A stretch of DNA of 64,000 nucleotides from Candidatus Latescibacterota bacterium (GTDB lineage: Bacteria; Latescibacterota; UBA2968; UBA8231): the NCBI GenBank assembly GCA_963422735.1, contig OY730476.1:2784001-2848000 (forward strand). The letters are read 5' to 3'. Both the position numbers and the translations under genes were made by a program. Positions 29,878-39,397 of this stretch are shown piece by piece. The notes beneath the pieces were generated by a model. It searched no databases. It worked only from the letters and a program-made list of their open reading frames with translations, and was not told the origin of the DNA. Numbering within the stretch: position 1 is the stretch's first letter; every line of letters begins with the position of its first letter.

Positions 29878-30852
29878 CTACGCGCTCCGCAGGATGCGCC
29901 GCTTGGCGAAGCGGACGGTCTCGGCGATCCCTCCCTCTAGCGACACCTTGGGCTCGTAGCCCAAGAGCGTCCGGGCACAGGTCAGGTCGGGGCAGCGTCG
30001 CTTGGGAGCATCCTCGTGTGGGTTAGGTTCATGTTCGATCCTGCTCTTGGACTGGGTGATACGTAGGACGGACTCGGCCACATCGAGGATCGTATGTTCT
30101 GCATCGTTGCCGATGTTGATGGGCTTTACTATGGGCGAGCGCAGTAGGGCGAGTATGCCGGCCACTATGTCGGATACATAGCACGGGCTGCGCGTCTGCC
30201 GGCCGTTGCCCTGCACGGTCAGGGGCCAACCGTGCAGGGCCTGCTCAACGAAGGTGGGCATCATGCGGCCGTCGTCCGACTTCATGCGAGGCCCGTAGGC
30301 GTTGAAGATGCGGACGATGCGGGTGTCCAGCCCATGCTTGCGATGGTAGGTCATCGTCAGTGCCTCGGCATATCGCTTGGCCTCGGCATAGACGCCCCGG
30401 ACGCTGGTATGATCGATGTTGCCAGTGTAGGTCTCTGGCTGAGGATGAACCAGCGGGTCGCCGTACACCTCGCTGGTAGAGGCCATCAGGAAGGTAGCCC
30501 CCTCGTACCGGGCTAGTTCGAGGGCCGCTTTGGTGCCTTGGGCTCCAGCTTCCAGTATCTCCATCGCCATCGACTCTACGAGCGTCGGCGTGGAAGGACT
30601 GGCCAGATGAAGCACATAGTCGATAGAGCCAGACCCAACCTCTTTCATTAGTCTCGCCAGCAGGTGTTCTCCCTTCGACACGTTGGTCTGCAAGAACCGG
30701 AACGACGGGTTGTCCCACAGCAAGTGGGACAGGTTGTCGCCAGTGGATGTCAGGAGGCTGTCGAGGGCTATCACTTCATGCCTCTCAGCTAAAAGGGCGT
30801 CGCATAGGTGCGACCCTAAGAACCCGGCACCGCCGGTGATGATTGTCCTCAT
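29878..30852 (-). CDS. UXS-like SDR, copy 2
   Basis: 2 aa differences from 1049-2023. Confidence 0.9.
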   Translation of the reverse strand: MRTIITGGAGFLGSHLCDALLAERHEVIALDSLLTSTGDNLSHLLWDNPSFRFLQTNVSKGEHLLARLMKEVGSGSIDYVLHLASPSTPTLVESMAMEILEAGAQGTKAALELARYEGATFLMASTSEVYGDPLVHPQPETYTGNIDHTSVRGVYAEAKRYAEALTMTYHRKHGLDTRIVRIFNAYGPRMKSDDGRMMPTFVEQALHGWPLTVQGNGRQTRSPCYVSDIVAGILALLRSPIVKPINIGNDAEHTILDVAESVLRITQSKSRIEHEPNPHEDAPKRRCPDLTCARTLLGYEPKVSLEGGIAETVRFAKRRILRSA

Positions 30853-30862
30853 GTGTCCTGTG

Positions 30863-31201
30863 CTAGTATGTCCTCTTGTAATGGGCCAGCAGTCGCTCGC
30901 GCCGGGCCAGCAACTTCTCTAGGGCGTTCACGGCCTCGATGTCGCCTTGGGCCACCTTGGGCTGTATACTAGTCAGGGCCTCGTTGATGCGGGCTAGGTC
31001 GATGGCCCGTTGCACTTTCTGTTCGTCGAACCGCATACCTGCCTCGGCGATCAGTTCCTCGGCGACGACCTCGGCGTCGACTTTCAGCACCTTGACGGAC
31101 GTGCGGATGCCCTGCCGCTTCATCGCCTCGGCGATCTGTCTCATGGAGTAGCCTCGTATGATACAATCCTTGACGTAGGCTTGTCGCTCCGCTGCTTTCA
31201 T
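30863..31201 (-). CDS. TerS-like HTH protein, copy 2
   Basis: Protein identical to 2034-2372. Confidence 0.55.
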   Translation of the reverse strand: MKAAERQAYVKDCIIRGYSMRQIAEAMKRQGIRTSVKVLKVDAEVVAEELIAEAGMRFDEQKVQRAIDLARINEALTSIQPKVAQGDIEAVNALEKLLARRERLLAHYKRTY

Positions 31202-31992
31202 TGCAGTCGTGGGTTGATCCGGTTCACTGCTATGTTGCAGGAGCGACCCGTCAGTCCAATGGCATGAGCCGCAGCGGACCGCTTGAAGGACACGGCCCGG
31301 CCCCATTTGACCTTGAGCCGTTCTTCGCCCTGATGGTACTCGTCCCCCGACACCAGCCCGGTGTTGCCGCCCTTATTCCCTGAGTCCAATGCACACGTGA
31401 ACAGGACGCGCTGGTCGTACAGCATAGCCCGATCCTCGCGCAGTATCTCCAAGAAATGATCTACGTCCTCGCGGCCTCCGTCCGGGTAGTGCTGTAAGAC
31501 CTTGGCGTTGCCCCGTATTATTCGGAGCCCACCGCCCATGGTACCCACCGCCTTGAAGGGTTTTACGATATTGTCTGTCGAGCCGAAGATCCATGCGGTG
31601 GGCATGTCGCCGCAGCCCCCCCACGTCAGGTCGAGGTCTTGCAAGACCCGCACCATGTTCTCGATGTAGTTCAGGGTCTCTGTGGGGCTGGCACTCAGGC
31701 AATTGTTGCCGTCGGCCATGATCTCGATCCCCTGCAGGTCGTCATCGACAAAGGCCAGCGCGTCCTCGCTAAAATCCTCTTTCATCTTATTCATCACGCC
31801 GGCGTATCCATGGACGGGGACATGGGTGGCCAGTAGGTCGTCTGGCACCGCGGACGCATAGTCGTCGCGCTCGCGCTCATCCACATACCAAGTGGCCGTG
31901 GGCAGCAGCTCGCGTACGGATGGCACGTTCTCTGATCGCTTGCGCGACGGTATGATGAGGCGATAGTCCAGCGTCGGGTCCGGCGTCAGCAT
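31198..31992 (-). CDS. GREB1/TAGT-like glycosyltransferase, copy 2
   Basis: 1 aa difference from copy 1. Confidence 0.75.
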   Translation of the reverse strand: MLTPDPTLDYRLIIPSRKRSENVPSVRELLPTATWYVDERERDDYASAVPDDLLATHVPVHGYAGVMNKMKEDFSEDALAFVDDDLQGIEIMADGNNCLSASPTETLNYIENMVRVLQDLDLTWGGCGDMPTAWIFGSTDNIVKPFKAVGTMGGGLRIIRGNAKVLQHYPDGGREDVDHFLEILREDRAMLYDQRVLFTCALDSGNKGGNTGLVSGDEYHQGEERLKVKWGRAVSFKRSAAAHAIGLTGRSCNIAVNRINPRLQ

Positions 31993-32621
31993 AGCAGGTT
32001 CAGCAGCTCTTTTCCGTGGATCGCCCGCATGACGGGCGTGTTGGGGCGATAGGTCGGTACACTCAGACCCACCGCCTCGCACAGGGCGCGGTACTCGCGC
32101 CGGTTGGCCGACTGAATGACCAGAAAGTCGTAGTGCTCCCCGGTCTTCAGCTCCAGATCTCTTTCTGCATCGGTCTTGCTGTGGAGTCCGCCATCCTCGC
32201 TCGCCGTTGGGGGTGCATGCTGCTTGATATGCTCTTGGATATCTTCCAAGATCGGATTGCTTTGAATGCTTCGGCCAATGCGTTCAACTATGCGCTGAAG
32301 CTTGTCCTTGGAGAAGCGAGCTGTGTCACGGGTAGCGTCCAGCGTGGCCAGCAGCAGGTCGGCCTCCGCCTCGTTCAGGTCAGTCGTCAGCACGGGCACG
32401 TCGGCCTCGGGGTCGAGGTTGGCCCGCAGGTGGCCGTCGAGGATGCGCCAGCCGTCGCCGTGCGGATAGACCAAGATCGCTTGGGCCCAGCCTATCTGCT
32501 CTATTAGTTGGCGCACCTGCTCGACCTGTCGGCCGGGATGGAGGCGTATGTTGTCCGGGTGGGGTGCCAAGCTCTTGGCCGGCACGGTCGTCAGGCCCGT
32601 GATTCGATTCTTGAGGTCCAC
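31986..32621 (-). CDS. Hybrid ParB-domain protein (N-terminus of A, body of B)
   Basis: MDLKNRITGLTT (A) followed by HPGRQVEQVRQLIEQ (B). Confidence 0.85.
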   Translation of the reverse strand: MDLKNRITGLTTVPAKSLAPHPDNIRLHPGRQVEQVRQLIEQIGWAQAILVYPHGDGWRILDGHLRANLDPEADVPVLTTDLNEAEADLLLATLDATRDTARFSKDKLQRIVERIGRSIQSNPILEDIQEHIKQHAPPTASEDGGLHSKTDAERDLELKTGEHYDFLVIQSANRREYRALCEAVGLSVPTYRPNTPVMRAIHGKELLNLLC

Positions 32622-33334
32622 TCTTGTCCCCAGGGCGTTGACGAGGAGGACCGCTTGAGCATCTGCACCGTGCTAGCCATCCCGATGTTGTATAGGGCGT
32701 CCAGTATGCCGAGTCCAGGGAGCCACTCCCGCTGCTGCTGGTCGTAAGGCCATGAGGTGAACCGGGAGCACCTCAGGTCTAGGCCCGCTTGCTGAAACAC
32801 GAATGGGTTGAGGTAGTCTTTGGCTCCCGACCCGCTCAGGTAGGTCGATCCGCCTACGGCCTGTACGGCATCCACCAGTCGCTCATTGGGGCTGTCGCGG
32901 AGCGGTTCGCCTAAGTTCGAGGAACGCACGATCTCCAATTTCAGGCCCATGCCCTCAGCCATGTGGATAATCAGCCCCGTGTTCAGGTCGGCCAGCCGGG
33001 ATCTCTTGAGGAGGCCGTAGGCCAACGGGCGGTAGAAGGGTGCTTTGCCATAGCAGACTTGCAGGGTGCGCCGGTGCTTGTTGTCCCATCCATCCCGCAC
33101 GATCTCCACATCGCGGATCGCTTGGAGCCTGCGTCCGCGGGTGCGTACCGGCACGGTCAGCCATTGCGGTTCGCCATGCGTCCCCCGGATACGCACGCGG
33201 TTGGTGTAGCTGTTCTTGCTGTACTGTATGTCGTCCAAAAGCACCAACACATCCGACTGAAAGACTTTTTGCCAGAAGCCGATCCACGGCAGGTACGTTG
33301 GCTCGTGACAGCAAACCACTTTTTGCAGGCTCAT
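32591..33334 (-). CDS. WbqC-like protein, copy 2
   Basis: 7 aa differences from copy 1. Confidence 0.9.
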   Translation of the reverse strand: MSLQKVVCCHEPTYLPWIGFWQKVFQSDVLVLLDDIQYSKNSYTNRVRIRGTHGEPQWLTVPVRTRGRRLQAIRDVEIVRDGWDNKHRRTLQVCYGKAPFYRPLAYGLLKRSRLADLNTGLIIHMAEGMGLKLEIVRSSNLGEPLRDSPNERLVDAVQAVGGSTYLSGSGAKDYLNPFVFQQAGLDLRCSRFTSWPYDQQQREWLPGLGILDALYNIGMASTVQMLKRSSSSTPWGQEWTSRIESRA

Positions 33335-33417
33335 GGGTACGAATTCGCCTAGTCTCTTAACTCCCTATAACGGGCATTGATACCTCCTTAATCGTTTGAT
33401 CTACTTACATTTAGAGC

Positions 33418-34698
33418 CTATTGACCGCGCAGGTATTCGTCTGGTTTGGCCGCATTGGGCGGCCAGTACCCGTCCCGTGATTGACGCCATTGCGCGCCGC
33501 ACAGGCCGCTGATCACGCTCCACTCGGACGGACTGGGGTCCGGGTCAGGGTGGAAGAGAAAGCGCTGGGCACCGGCGGCCTCCGAGGCTTTGAGAATACC
33601 GGCCAAGTCGCGGGCTGGCATGGCGTCGCCGGCGTGCGGAGAGCGGCCGGTGGACACCCAGAAGATGGTTTTATCCACGTCTTTGATGGCCTCTAGTGCG
33701 CGCCGCGTTTCGCTGTACACGACTTCGGCGAAGAACTCATCGGAAAAACCCATCTCCATGTCCAGCAGCGACTCGACATTGGGCAGGCGCAGGCCGAACA
33801 GCGATTCGACCAGCAGGAAGCAGTCGGCCTCAGTCAGGGAAGGGTTCCACTCGGCGAACTTTTGCACCCAGCGAGCAATAGTGCCGTACAGGCCGTCGAA
33901 GCCGCGATGCCAGTAGTAGTGCTTGGGAAAGATATAGTCAAAGTACGGCGGCATCTGCTGGTAATCTTGGCCGGTCAGAGAAGAGAAAGTGGTGATGCGC
34001 GGAATGCCGCCCAGTTCGACGTAGCGGTTCACGCCGTCCAAGTCGGCGCGGGCCCGCTCCCAAGAACGCCGCGATCTTTCCCGCCGGGCCCGCAGCCAGT
34101 AGAGGGCGTCTTCGTTGATATCAAAGAGATTCAGGCCGGCCAAAGTGCCGCCCGGGGCCCAATAGCGCACGAGGTCCGGGGTGAGGTTGTGGAAACGCTG
34201 ACGCATATGGGCAATGCCGCGCTCCAGCCGGTCGATGGCAAAGCCCAAGTTGGCGAACTCGAGGCGCTCGCCGTCGCGCAAATCAAAGAGTTCGCCGCCG
34301 TGGTGCCAAGCCAGTTCGTAGTGGTTTTCGCCGGGCCCGTCGATGATCACCCCATCGACCTGTGGATAGCAATTTATCAAGCTCTGCACGTGGGCGGTGG
34401 TGCCGCTGTCGAATACCATGATATGCCAGCCGCGCCCGGCGGCGTCCTCCAGCATAGCGCTTAGTCCCCGCTCCTTTTCCAGATTGCGGCGTCCTTCCTC
34501 GGGCATTTTCAGCCCCAAGTCGGCGTAGGCTTTGGGATCTTGGGGAAACGCGGGGATTTGGCCGCCGTCGTCCTCTGTAAAAAACATGCGCCCTACCACA
34601 ATGCCGCGCACTCCGCCATCTTCCCAAGCGTCGAAGATATGCTTGTAGTTGGCCATGTAGCGTTCGAGCGGATTGAAAACGAAAATCCAGCATTTCAT
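33418..34698 (-). CDS. Hypothetical host protein (possible TIM-barrel)
   Basis: Long ORF with AGGAG RBS; no recognisable family motif. Confidence 0.7.
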   Translation of the reverse strand: MKCWIFVFNPLERYMANYKHIFDAWEDGGVRGIVVGRMFFTEDDGGQIPAFPQDPKAYADLGLKMPEEGRRNLEKERGLSAMLEDAAGRGWHIMVFDSGTTAHVQSLINCYPQVDGVIIDGPGENHYELAWHHGGELFDLRDGERLEFANLGFAIDRLERGIAHMRQRFHNLTPDLVRYWAPGGTLAGLNLFDINEDALYWLRARRERSRRSWERARADLDGVNRYVELGGIPRITTFSSLTGQDYQQMPPYFDYIFPKHYYWHRGFDGLYGTIARWVQKFAEWNPSLTEADCFLLVESLFGLRLPNVESLLDMEMGFSDEFFAEVVYSETRRALEAIKDVDKTIFWVSTGRSPHAGDAMPARDLAGILKASEAAGAQRFLFHPDPDPSPSEWSVISGLCGAQWRQSRDGYWPPNAAKPDEYLRGQ

Positions 34699-34739
34699 CG
34701 TCCAATCTCCTAAGTTCACGGGTTTGCAACTTGACTTCC

Positions 34740-35552
34740 CTATCTCGGTTTGTAAAGCCGAGACCCCTTATCTTCCCCCTGGTATTTCGGCGGCGTAATC
34801 ACCGCCTGCTGCGCCTTTGTCAACTCGGCGTAGAAATCCGGCGGGGTATAATCCCCCATCAGCGATTCGGCCTGGACACCGTGGTTATAGCGCAAGATCA
34901 CTGAGCGCCGCTGGTGTTTGGCCGTCCACGGCAGGGCCCCGTGCATCAGCGTCTCGACAAAAAGTATCGCATCGCCAGCTTTGGCCGGGATCTGCACGAT
35001 GCGATCTTGGTGCGCCTCGTAAAGCCGAATCTCGTCCGGGCAGGGATAGTTGGCCTTATGGCTGCCGGGCAGACAGGCAAAACCCCCATCCTCCGGCCCT
35101 ACATCCGCCAACTGCACGGCGATATTGGTCATCCCGCAAAACATCCGGCCATTGCGGTAGAGGAAACCCCGCGAGCGGTCGAGCGGCTCGCCTCCCTCGT
35201 GGAACCAGAAGCCTTCGGCCCCTTCATCCATCGCGATGATCCCCAAGCCCTCTAGGCGAAAACCCGGTCCTAGCAATTCTTCCAGATAAGGCTTGAACCT
35301 CGCATGGGCGATCATCGCCCGGAACGGATCGCAATGCGGTTTGTCCCACGTCAGCATCCCGCCCAAATCGCCGCGTCCCTGTGTGCCCTTGAGCGTCTCC
35401 GACTCGTGGGCCAAGTCATTGGCACGAATGCCGATTTGATGGGCGTGGTGGTCAATCGCCGCATTGGCCACCGCCACTTCCTCCGGCGAAAGTGCACCCT
35501 CGATCACCAGATAGCCGTGTACTTCAAAGAGATACTTTTCCGCTTCGTCCAT
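34740..35552 (-). CDS. Phytanoyl-CoA dioxygenase (PhyH) family
   Basis: KYLFEVHGYLV, LADVGPEDGGFACLPGSHK, AGDAILF..HG..W, RRS. Confidence 0.9.
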   Translation of the reverse strand: MDEAEKYLFEVHGYLVIEGALSPEEVAVANAAIDHHAHQIGIRANDLAHESETLKGTQGRGDLGGMLTWDKPHCDPFRAMIAHARFKPYLEELLGPGFRLEGLGIIAMDEGAEGFWFHEGGEPLDRSRGFLYRNGRMFCGMTNIAVQLADVGPEDGGFACLPGSHKANYPCPDEIRLYEAHQDRIVQIPAKAGDAILFVETLMHGALPWTAKHQRRSVILRYNHGVQAESLMGDYTPPDFYAELTKAQQAVITPPKYQGEDKGSRLYKPR

Positions 35553-35643
35553 AGTCTTCCTGCTTCTCTTTACACCTTATGGAATGTTGACACACACAAG
35601 GTCCATCCGTCAGCCCATACGGCGCAAATACTACGCCGCCCAG

Positions 35644-36699
35644 TCAAGCGGGCAGCACCTCGCGCAAGACCCGCAGGTAATTCCCGCCGCAGATCTTGCT
35701 CGTATCCTCCTCGGTGAATCCCGCATCCAGCAAGCCCTCTACCACCCAAGGCAACACCGCACTGTTGAAGTGGGTGCCGATCCCTACGCCATCCACCCCC
35801 ATCACATCAACGGCGTAGCGCACCTGCACCAAGGTCTCCTCCAACTGTTCTGGCGCGACCGCCCGATAGGGCGCGTCCCCCGGCGGCCGGGTGATCGGCG
35901 GCGGGATCCCCAACATGCCTCCGCGCTCGGCCAACGCCCGCATAACCTCGTCGGGTGCCGCCCTGAGATCGCCGACCAATGCCCGCGGATTCGAGTGCGA
36001 GTCGGCCACCGGCTTTGTCGATACTTCGATGATATCGAGGGCGCAGGGGTCATTGCTATGGGCTAGGTCAATAAGGATTCCGGTCGCGTTCATCTCCGCA
36101 ATCATCCGCACCCCCAACTCGGTCATCCGCCCGCCCGAACGGGTCTCATTGGAGGCGTCCCAACCCAACTCGCGGGTCGCTTGGCCCAGGGTGATCATCC
36201 GCAGCCCGAGGCGGGCGAACATCCGCAGGATGCCAGGGCTGTCGCCAAACCAGTCGCTGCGATTGGCCCCCATCAATACCGCGACCTTGCCCGCCGCCTG
36301 CGCAGCATCCAAGTCCCGGGCGGTCCGCACTAGCATCACCTGCTCGGGATGGGCTTCGACGTTTAGCAAAAAACGGTCGAGCACCCCCAGCACCAATTGG
36401 GTCGGATTCTTGATCGCCAGACTCAGGAACATATCCTCGCCGCCGCGGCCCGGACGCCATTCCGACTCTTGGCGCCACAGTGGTTTGTAGTTGTCGTCGT
36501 AGTAGGCCGCTCCCCCCTTGCACATCACCACCCCCACCCCCCATTCGGCAAACTTGGGAAAGTCCCCGCGGCAACTGCTCGCGTCTTTTTTGCCCAGATC
36601 AATATCGTCGATCGCGAAACGGGGATGGGTCAGGTTTAACCCCAGCGCATCGCATACTGGATGCGGCCAAATGCGTCCGGAGGGCAATCTCATTGTCAT
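35644..36699 (-). CDS. Membrane dipeptidase (M19)-like amidohydrolase
   Basis: LGLRMITL, G.MTELG, IDLAH, SHSNPRAL, VGIGT, KICGGNYLRV. Confidence 0.85.
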   Translation of the reverse strand: MTMRLPSGRIWPHPVCDALGLNLTHPRFAIDDIDLGKKDASSCRGDFPKFAEWGVGVVMCKGGAAYYDDNYKPLWRQESEWRPGRGGEDMFLSLAIKNPTQLVLGVLDRFLLNVEAHPEQVMLVRTARDLDAAQAAGKVAVLMGANRSDWFGDSPGILRMFARLGLRMITLGQATRELGWDASNETRSGGRMTELGVRMIAEMNATGILIDLAHSNDPCALDIIEVSTKPVADSHSNPRALVGDLRAAPDEVMRALAERGGMLGIPPPITRPPGDAPYRAVAPEQLEETLVQVRYAVDVMGVDGVGIGTHFNSAVLPWVVEGLLDAGFTEEDTSKICGGNYLRVLREVLPA

Positions 36700-36700
36700 C

Positions 36701-37477
36701 TTATTCACCGAGAGCTTGGTCAAAATCCCGGCGGCAAGCGGCCAAAATCTGCGCCAAGGCAAAATCGCCGCCATAAGCCAGCATCTGCGCCCCTTGTGCG
36801 CGGTATTTGGCCAGCAACTCGGGCGTACCGGCGGGTATCCCCCAGGCTTTGCCGTGTTTTTTCGCCGCCCCCGCGACTTTGGCGACGGCCTGATCGAGAT
36901 CGACATCCCCCTCGGCCAAACCGAGCCGCAGCCCCAAGTCCGCCGGGCCGACGAAGAGCCCATCCACCCCCTCGACCACCGCGATCTCGTCGACATTGGC
37001 CAGTGCTTGCGGGGTTTCGATCTGCAAGACGACGAAGGTCTCGCGATTGGCGTCGTCGATATAGGTACTGCCCTCATGCCATACGTCGAGACCGAAATCG
37101 CCGTCCAAACCCGCCCCGTCCAAACCGCGATTGCCCAAGGGTGGGTACTTCACCGCCGCGACGATTTGGCGCGCCAAGGCCGCAGTGGAAACCAGCGGCA
37201 TCATCAGACCGGTCGCCCCGTCCTCGAGATAGCGGTAGAGACGGGTGCGCTCAAGCGTCGGGGCCCGCAACATGCAATCGATATCGCAGGCGCGACATAA
37301 GGCCAAGAGGCCCTGGACCTCGCGCTGATCCATCGCCCGGTGCTCCAAATCGAGCCAGATGCCGTCATAGCCGTTGTGGGCGGCATAGCGCACGAAGAAC
37401 GGCAGATAATGCCCTAGGGCACAAATGCGGGCACACCGCCCTGTGCGTACTTTGTCCAAGACTTTGCTCTTTCTCAT
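36701..37477 (-). CDS. HpcH/HpaI aldolase family
   Basis: WLDLEH, KYPPLGNRG, QIET, LFVGPADL. Confidence 0.92.
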   Translation of the reverse strand: MRKSKVLDKVRTGRCARICALGHYLPFFVRYAAHNGYDGIWLDLEHRAMDQREVQGLLALCRACDIDCMLRAPTLERTRLYRYLEDGATGLMMPLVSTAALARQIVAAVKYPPLGNRGLDGAGLDGDFGLDVWHEGSTYIDDANRETFVVLQIETPQALANVDEIAVVEGVDGLFVGPADLGLRLGLAEGDVDLDQAVAKVAGAAKKHGKAWGIPAGTPELLAKYRAQGAQMLAYGGDFALAQILAACRRDFDQALGE

Positions 37478-37547
37478 ATTCCCCGCTTTGTCCATTGTCG
37501 ATCTACTCCTCCTTGCATCGTATGGAATGTTAATTGTCCGCTGGCCC

Positions 37548-37911
37548 TTACTCACGACGCTCCCAAATCTCCACGGAGCCATCCTCGTCGTCGACCAGCG
37601 TCAGACGGTTTCCTCTCAGGGTATATTCCTCAGAGATAGTCCGAACTTCACCCCCGATCGGGTCAAAAACCGTTACGAGTCTGTCGCCGACGATCTCCCA
37701 TGATCCCGAGACGCGATCTCAATTCCTTCCACTTCAATCGACAGCCTGAAGGTGCCGTCTGCACGTAAGACCCAGACCAGTTCGCCGTCTTCCGAATCCG
37801 TCGCTGAGACTAGAACCCAAGTGCCGACGAGATCGTCCCCGGGTGCTGTGGGGGAGTCGCCGCATGCCAAGAAGAGGCCGGAGGAAGTATAGCTACAGTC
37901 AGATATTTCAT
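37548..37911 (-). pseudogene. Lipocalin-like lipoprotein with two frameshifts
   Basis: MKYLTVAIL / GLFLACGDS..LVGTWVL / SGSWEIVGDRL..YTLRGNRLTL..WERRE, read across two frame changes. Confidence 0.6.
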
Positions 37912-37949
37912 CGGAATGTTGGTTCTCCCTTCAGTTAAGGCAATCTATA

Positions 37950-39182
37950 CTATCGCAAATACGCCTGCTCCACCTTCGCAAACGCCTCGGCAATATCCGC
38001 CACTTCCCGCGCGGAAAAATTCTCGTGGATCGACATGATGAAGTGGCTCTCAACCGAGGCGACGGCGTTGGGACAGGCAAACTGTGCATTGCGGTCTCCC
38101 CCATACGCCGGCAATCCCCACGGGTAGTCGCTGTTAGGAAAGACCTGCCGCTCCCTAAACCAGATCATCTCGGAGGTGATATAGCGATACGAGGCTGTCA
38201 CCGGAATGCCCTCGGCAGCCACGGCCCGGGCAAAGCCGTCTTTATCGACCCGGAGCTTGGCTGCCTCTACGTGGAAGCGCATAAACCAGTACACCCCCTC
38301 CGACTCAGCCACCTGCCATCCCAATCGCACCGCCTCGCGCTCGGCAATAGCCTCGGCAATCTGCGCCGCTACCCGACGCCGCTTGGCGATCATCGCATCG
38401 AGCTTTCTTAGCTGCACCCGCCCAATGGCGGCCGACAGGTCGTTGCCGTTGAGGTTGAGCCCGGCGCGCAGGTTGGAGGTTGCATCTGTATTAAAAGGCT
38501 TGCCCCGGTCGGCAAAGCGCTTGGCCTCCCAGCAGAGTTCTTCGTCGCGGGTAAAAACCACTCCGCCCTGCGGGCCTGTCGCGTGGTGCTTGCCGCTCAT
38601 GGTCGAAAAGGCCGCCACCGTGCCCAACGATCCCGCTAGCTGTCCCTTGTAGCGCGTCCCGTGGGCCTGGGCGCAATCCTCGATGACCGGGATGCCGCGC
38701 TCCTCGGCTAGTGCCAAAATTGGCGTCATATCCGCTGGTTCGCCGGCAATATGGGCCACGACAATGGCGCGGGTGTGGGGCGTTAGCACCGCCTCAATCT
38801 GCTCCGCACCCGCGTTGAACGATCCCGGCGCGGCATCGGCGACCACCGGCACTTGGCACAACAGAGCCGCGGGCATCGCTCCACCCGGATCCGTAATCGG
38901 CGGGATCACTACCTCGCCAGCCGCTTCTAGCTTTAGGGCCCCCAATGCCGCGTAGAGCGCTGTGGTACCCGAATTGACCAAATCGGCGTAGCCGCCCCCT
39001 ATAAAGGCGGCAAACTCCCGCTCATAGGCCAATTCCTCTGGGCCGCTGTAGCCGATTGCATCGCCGCTCTCCATTGCCGCGGAGAACAGCCGCAGCGCGG
39101 CTTGGCGCTCCTCAGCCCCAAAGAGGTGCCGCTGGGGAAATGGCGTCTCGCGGACCTTGGCCCCCCCGTCTATTGCCAACAT
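37950..39182 (-). CDS. DegT/DnrJ/EryC1/StrS aminotransferase (host)
   Basis: LAIDGG, NSGTTAL, EDCAQAHG, FSTMSGKH. Confidence 0.92.
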   Translation of the reverse strand: MLAIDGGAKVRETPFPQRHLFGAEERQAALRLFSAAMESGDAIGYSGPEELAYEREFAAFIGGGYADLVNSGTTALYAALGALKLEAAGEVVIPPITDPGGAMPAALLCQVPVVADAAPGSFNAGAEQIEAVLTPHTRAIVVAHIAGEPADMTPILALAEERGIPVIEDCAQAHGTRYKGQLAGSLGTVAAFSTMSGKHHATGPQGGVVFTRDEELCWEAKRFADRGKPFNTDATSNLRAGLNLNGNDLSAAIGRVQLRKLDAMIAKRRRVAAQIAEAIAEREAVRLGWQVAESEGVYWFMRFHVEAAKLRVDKDGFARAVAAEGIPVTASYRYITSEMIWFRERQVFPNSDYPWGLPAYGGDRNAQFACPNAVASVESHFIMSIHENFSAREVADIAEAFAKVEQAYLR

Positions 39183-39243
39183 AGCGTTTGCTTTCCTTCC
39201 TCGACGGTGTGCCACTGGCGCTAGCCAGAGCCACCAGTAATTT

Positions 39244-39332
39244 AGAAGCGGTCTGGAAATTCCGGGTGCGCCCCGAGCGCCTGTCTTGCCTAAAGGCCGG
39301 GTGAAGCAGGCGCGACAGGCCGCGAGGGGTTT
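39244..39332. repeat. Truncated MITE-like element (related to 48694-48826)
   Basis: agaagcggtctggaaattccgggtgcgcc...gcgcgacaggcc.cgaggggttt. Confidence 0.75.
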
Positions 39333-39397
39333 AAGCAAGATCGCACCTCTCGCCGCCTATCTATAATAGTACACCTCAATAGTACACCTCTACTGAT

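Larger units (their letters stand above)
29648..33370. repeat. Long direct repeat, copy 2 (611-bp ParB deletion)
   Basis: Starts inside the DpdA-like 3' end and ends at the dif-like arm. Confidence 0.97.

Noticed and set aside
29648-33370. Pure assembly duplication
   Set aside because: The copies differ by substitutions and a precise recombinational deletion, and end at a structured site. Strain chimerism is not fully excluded.
39365-39390. 13-bp tandem duplication aatagtacacctc upstream of the MFS gene
   Set aside because: Only two copies and no further support for function.
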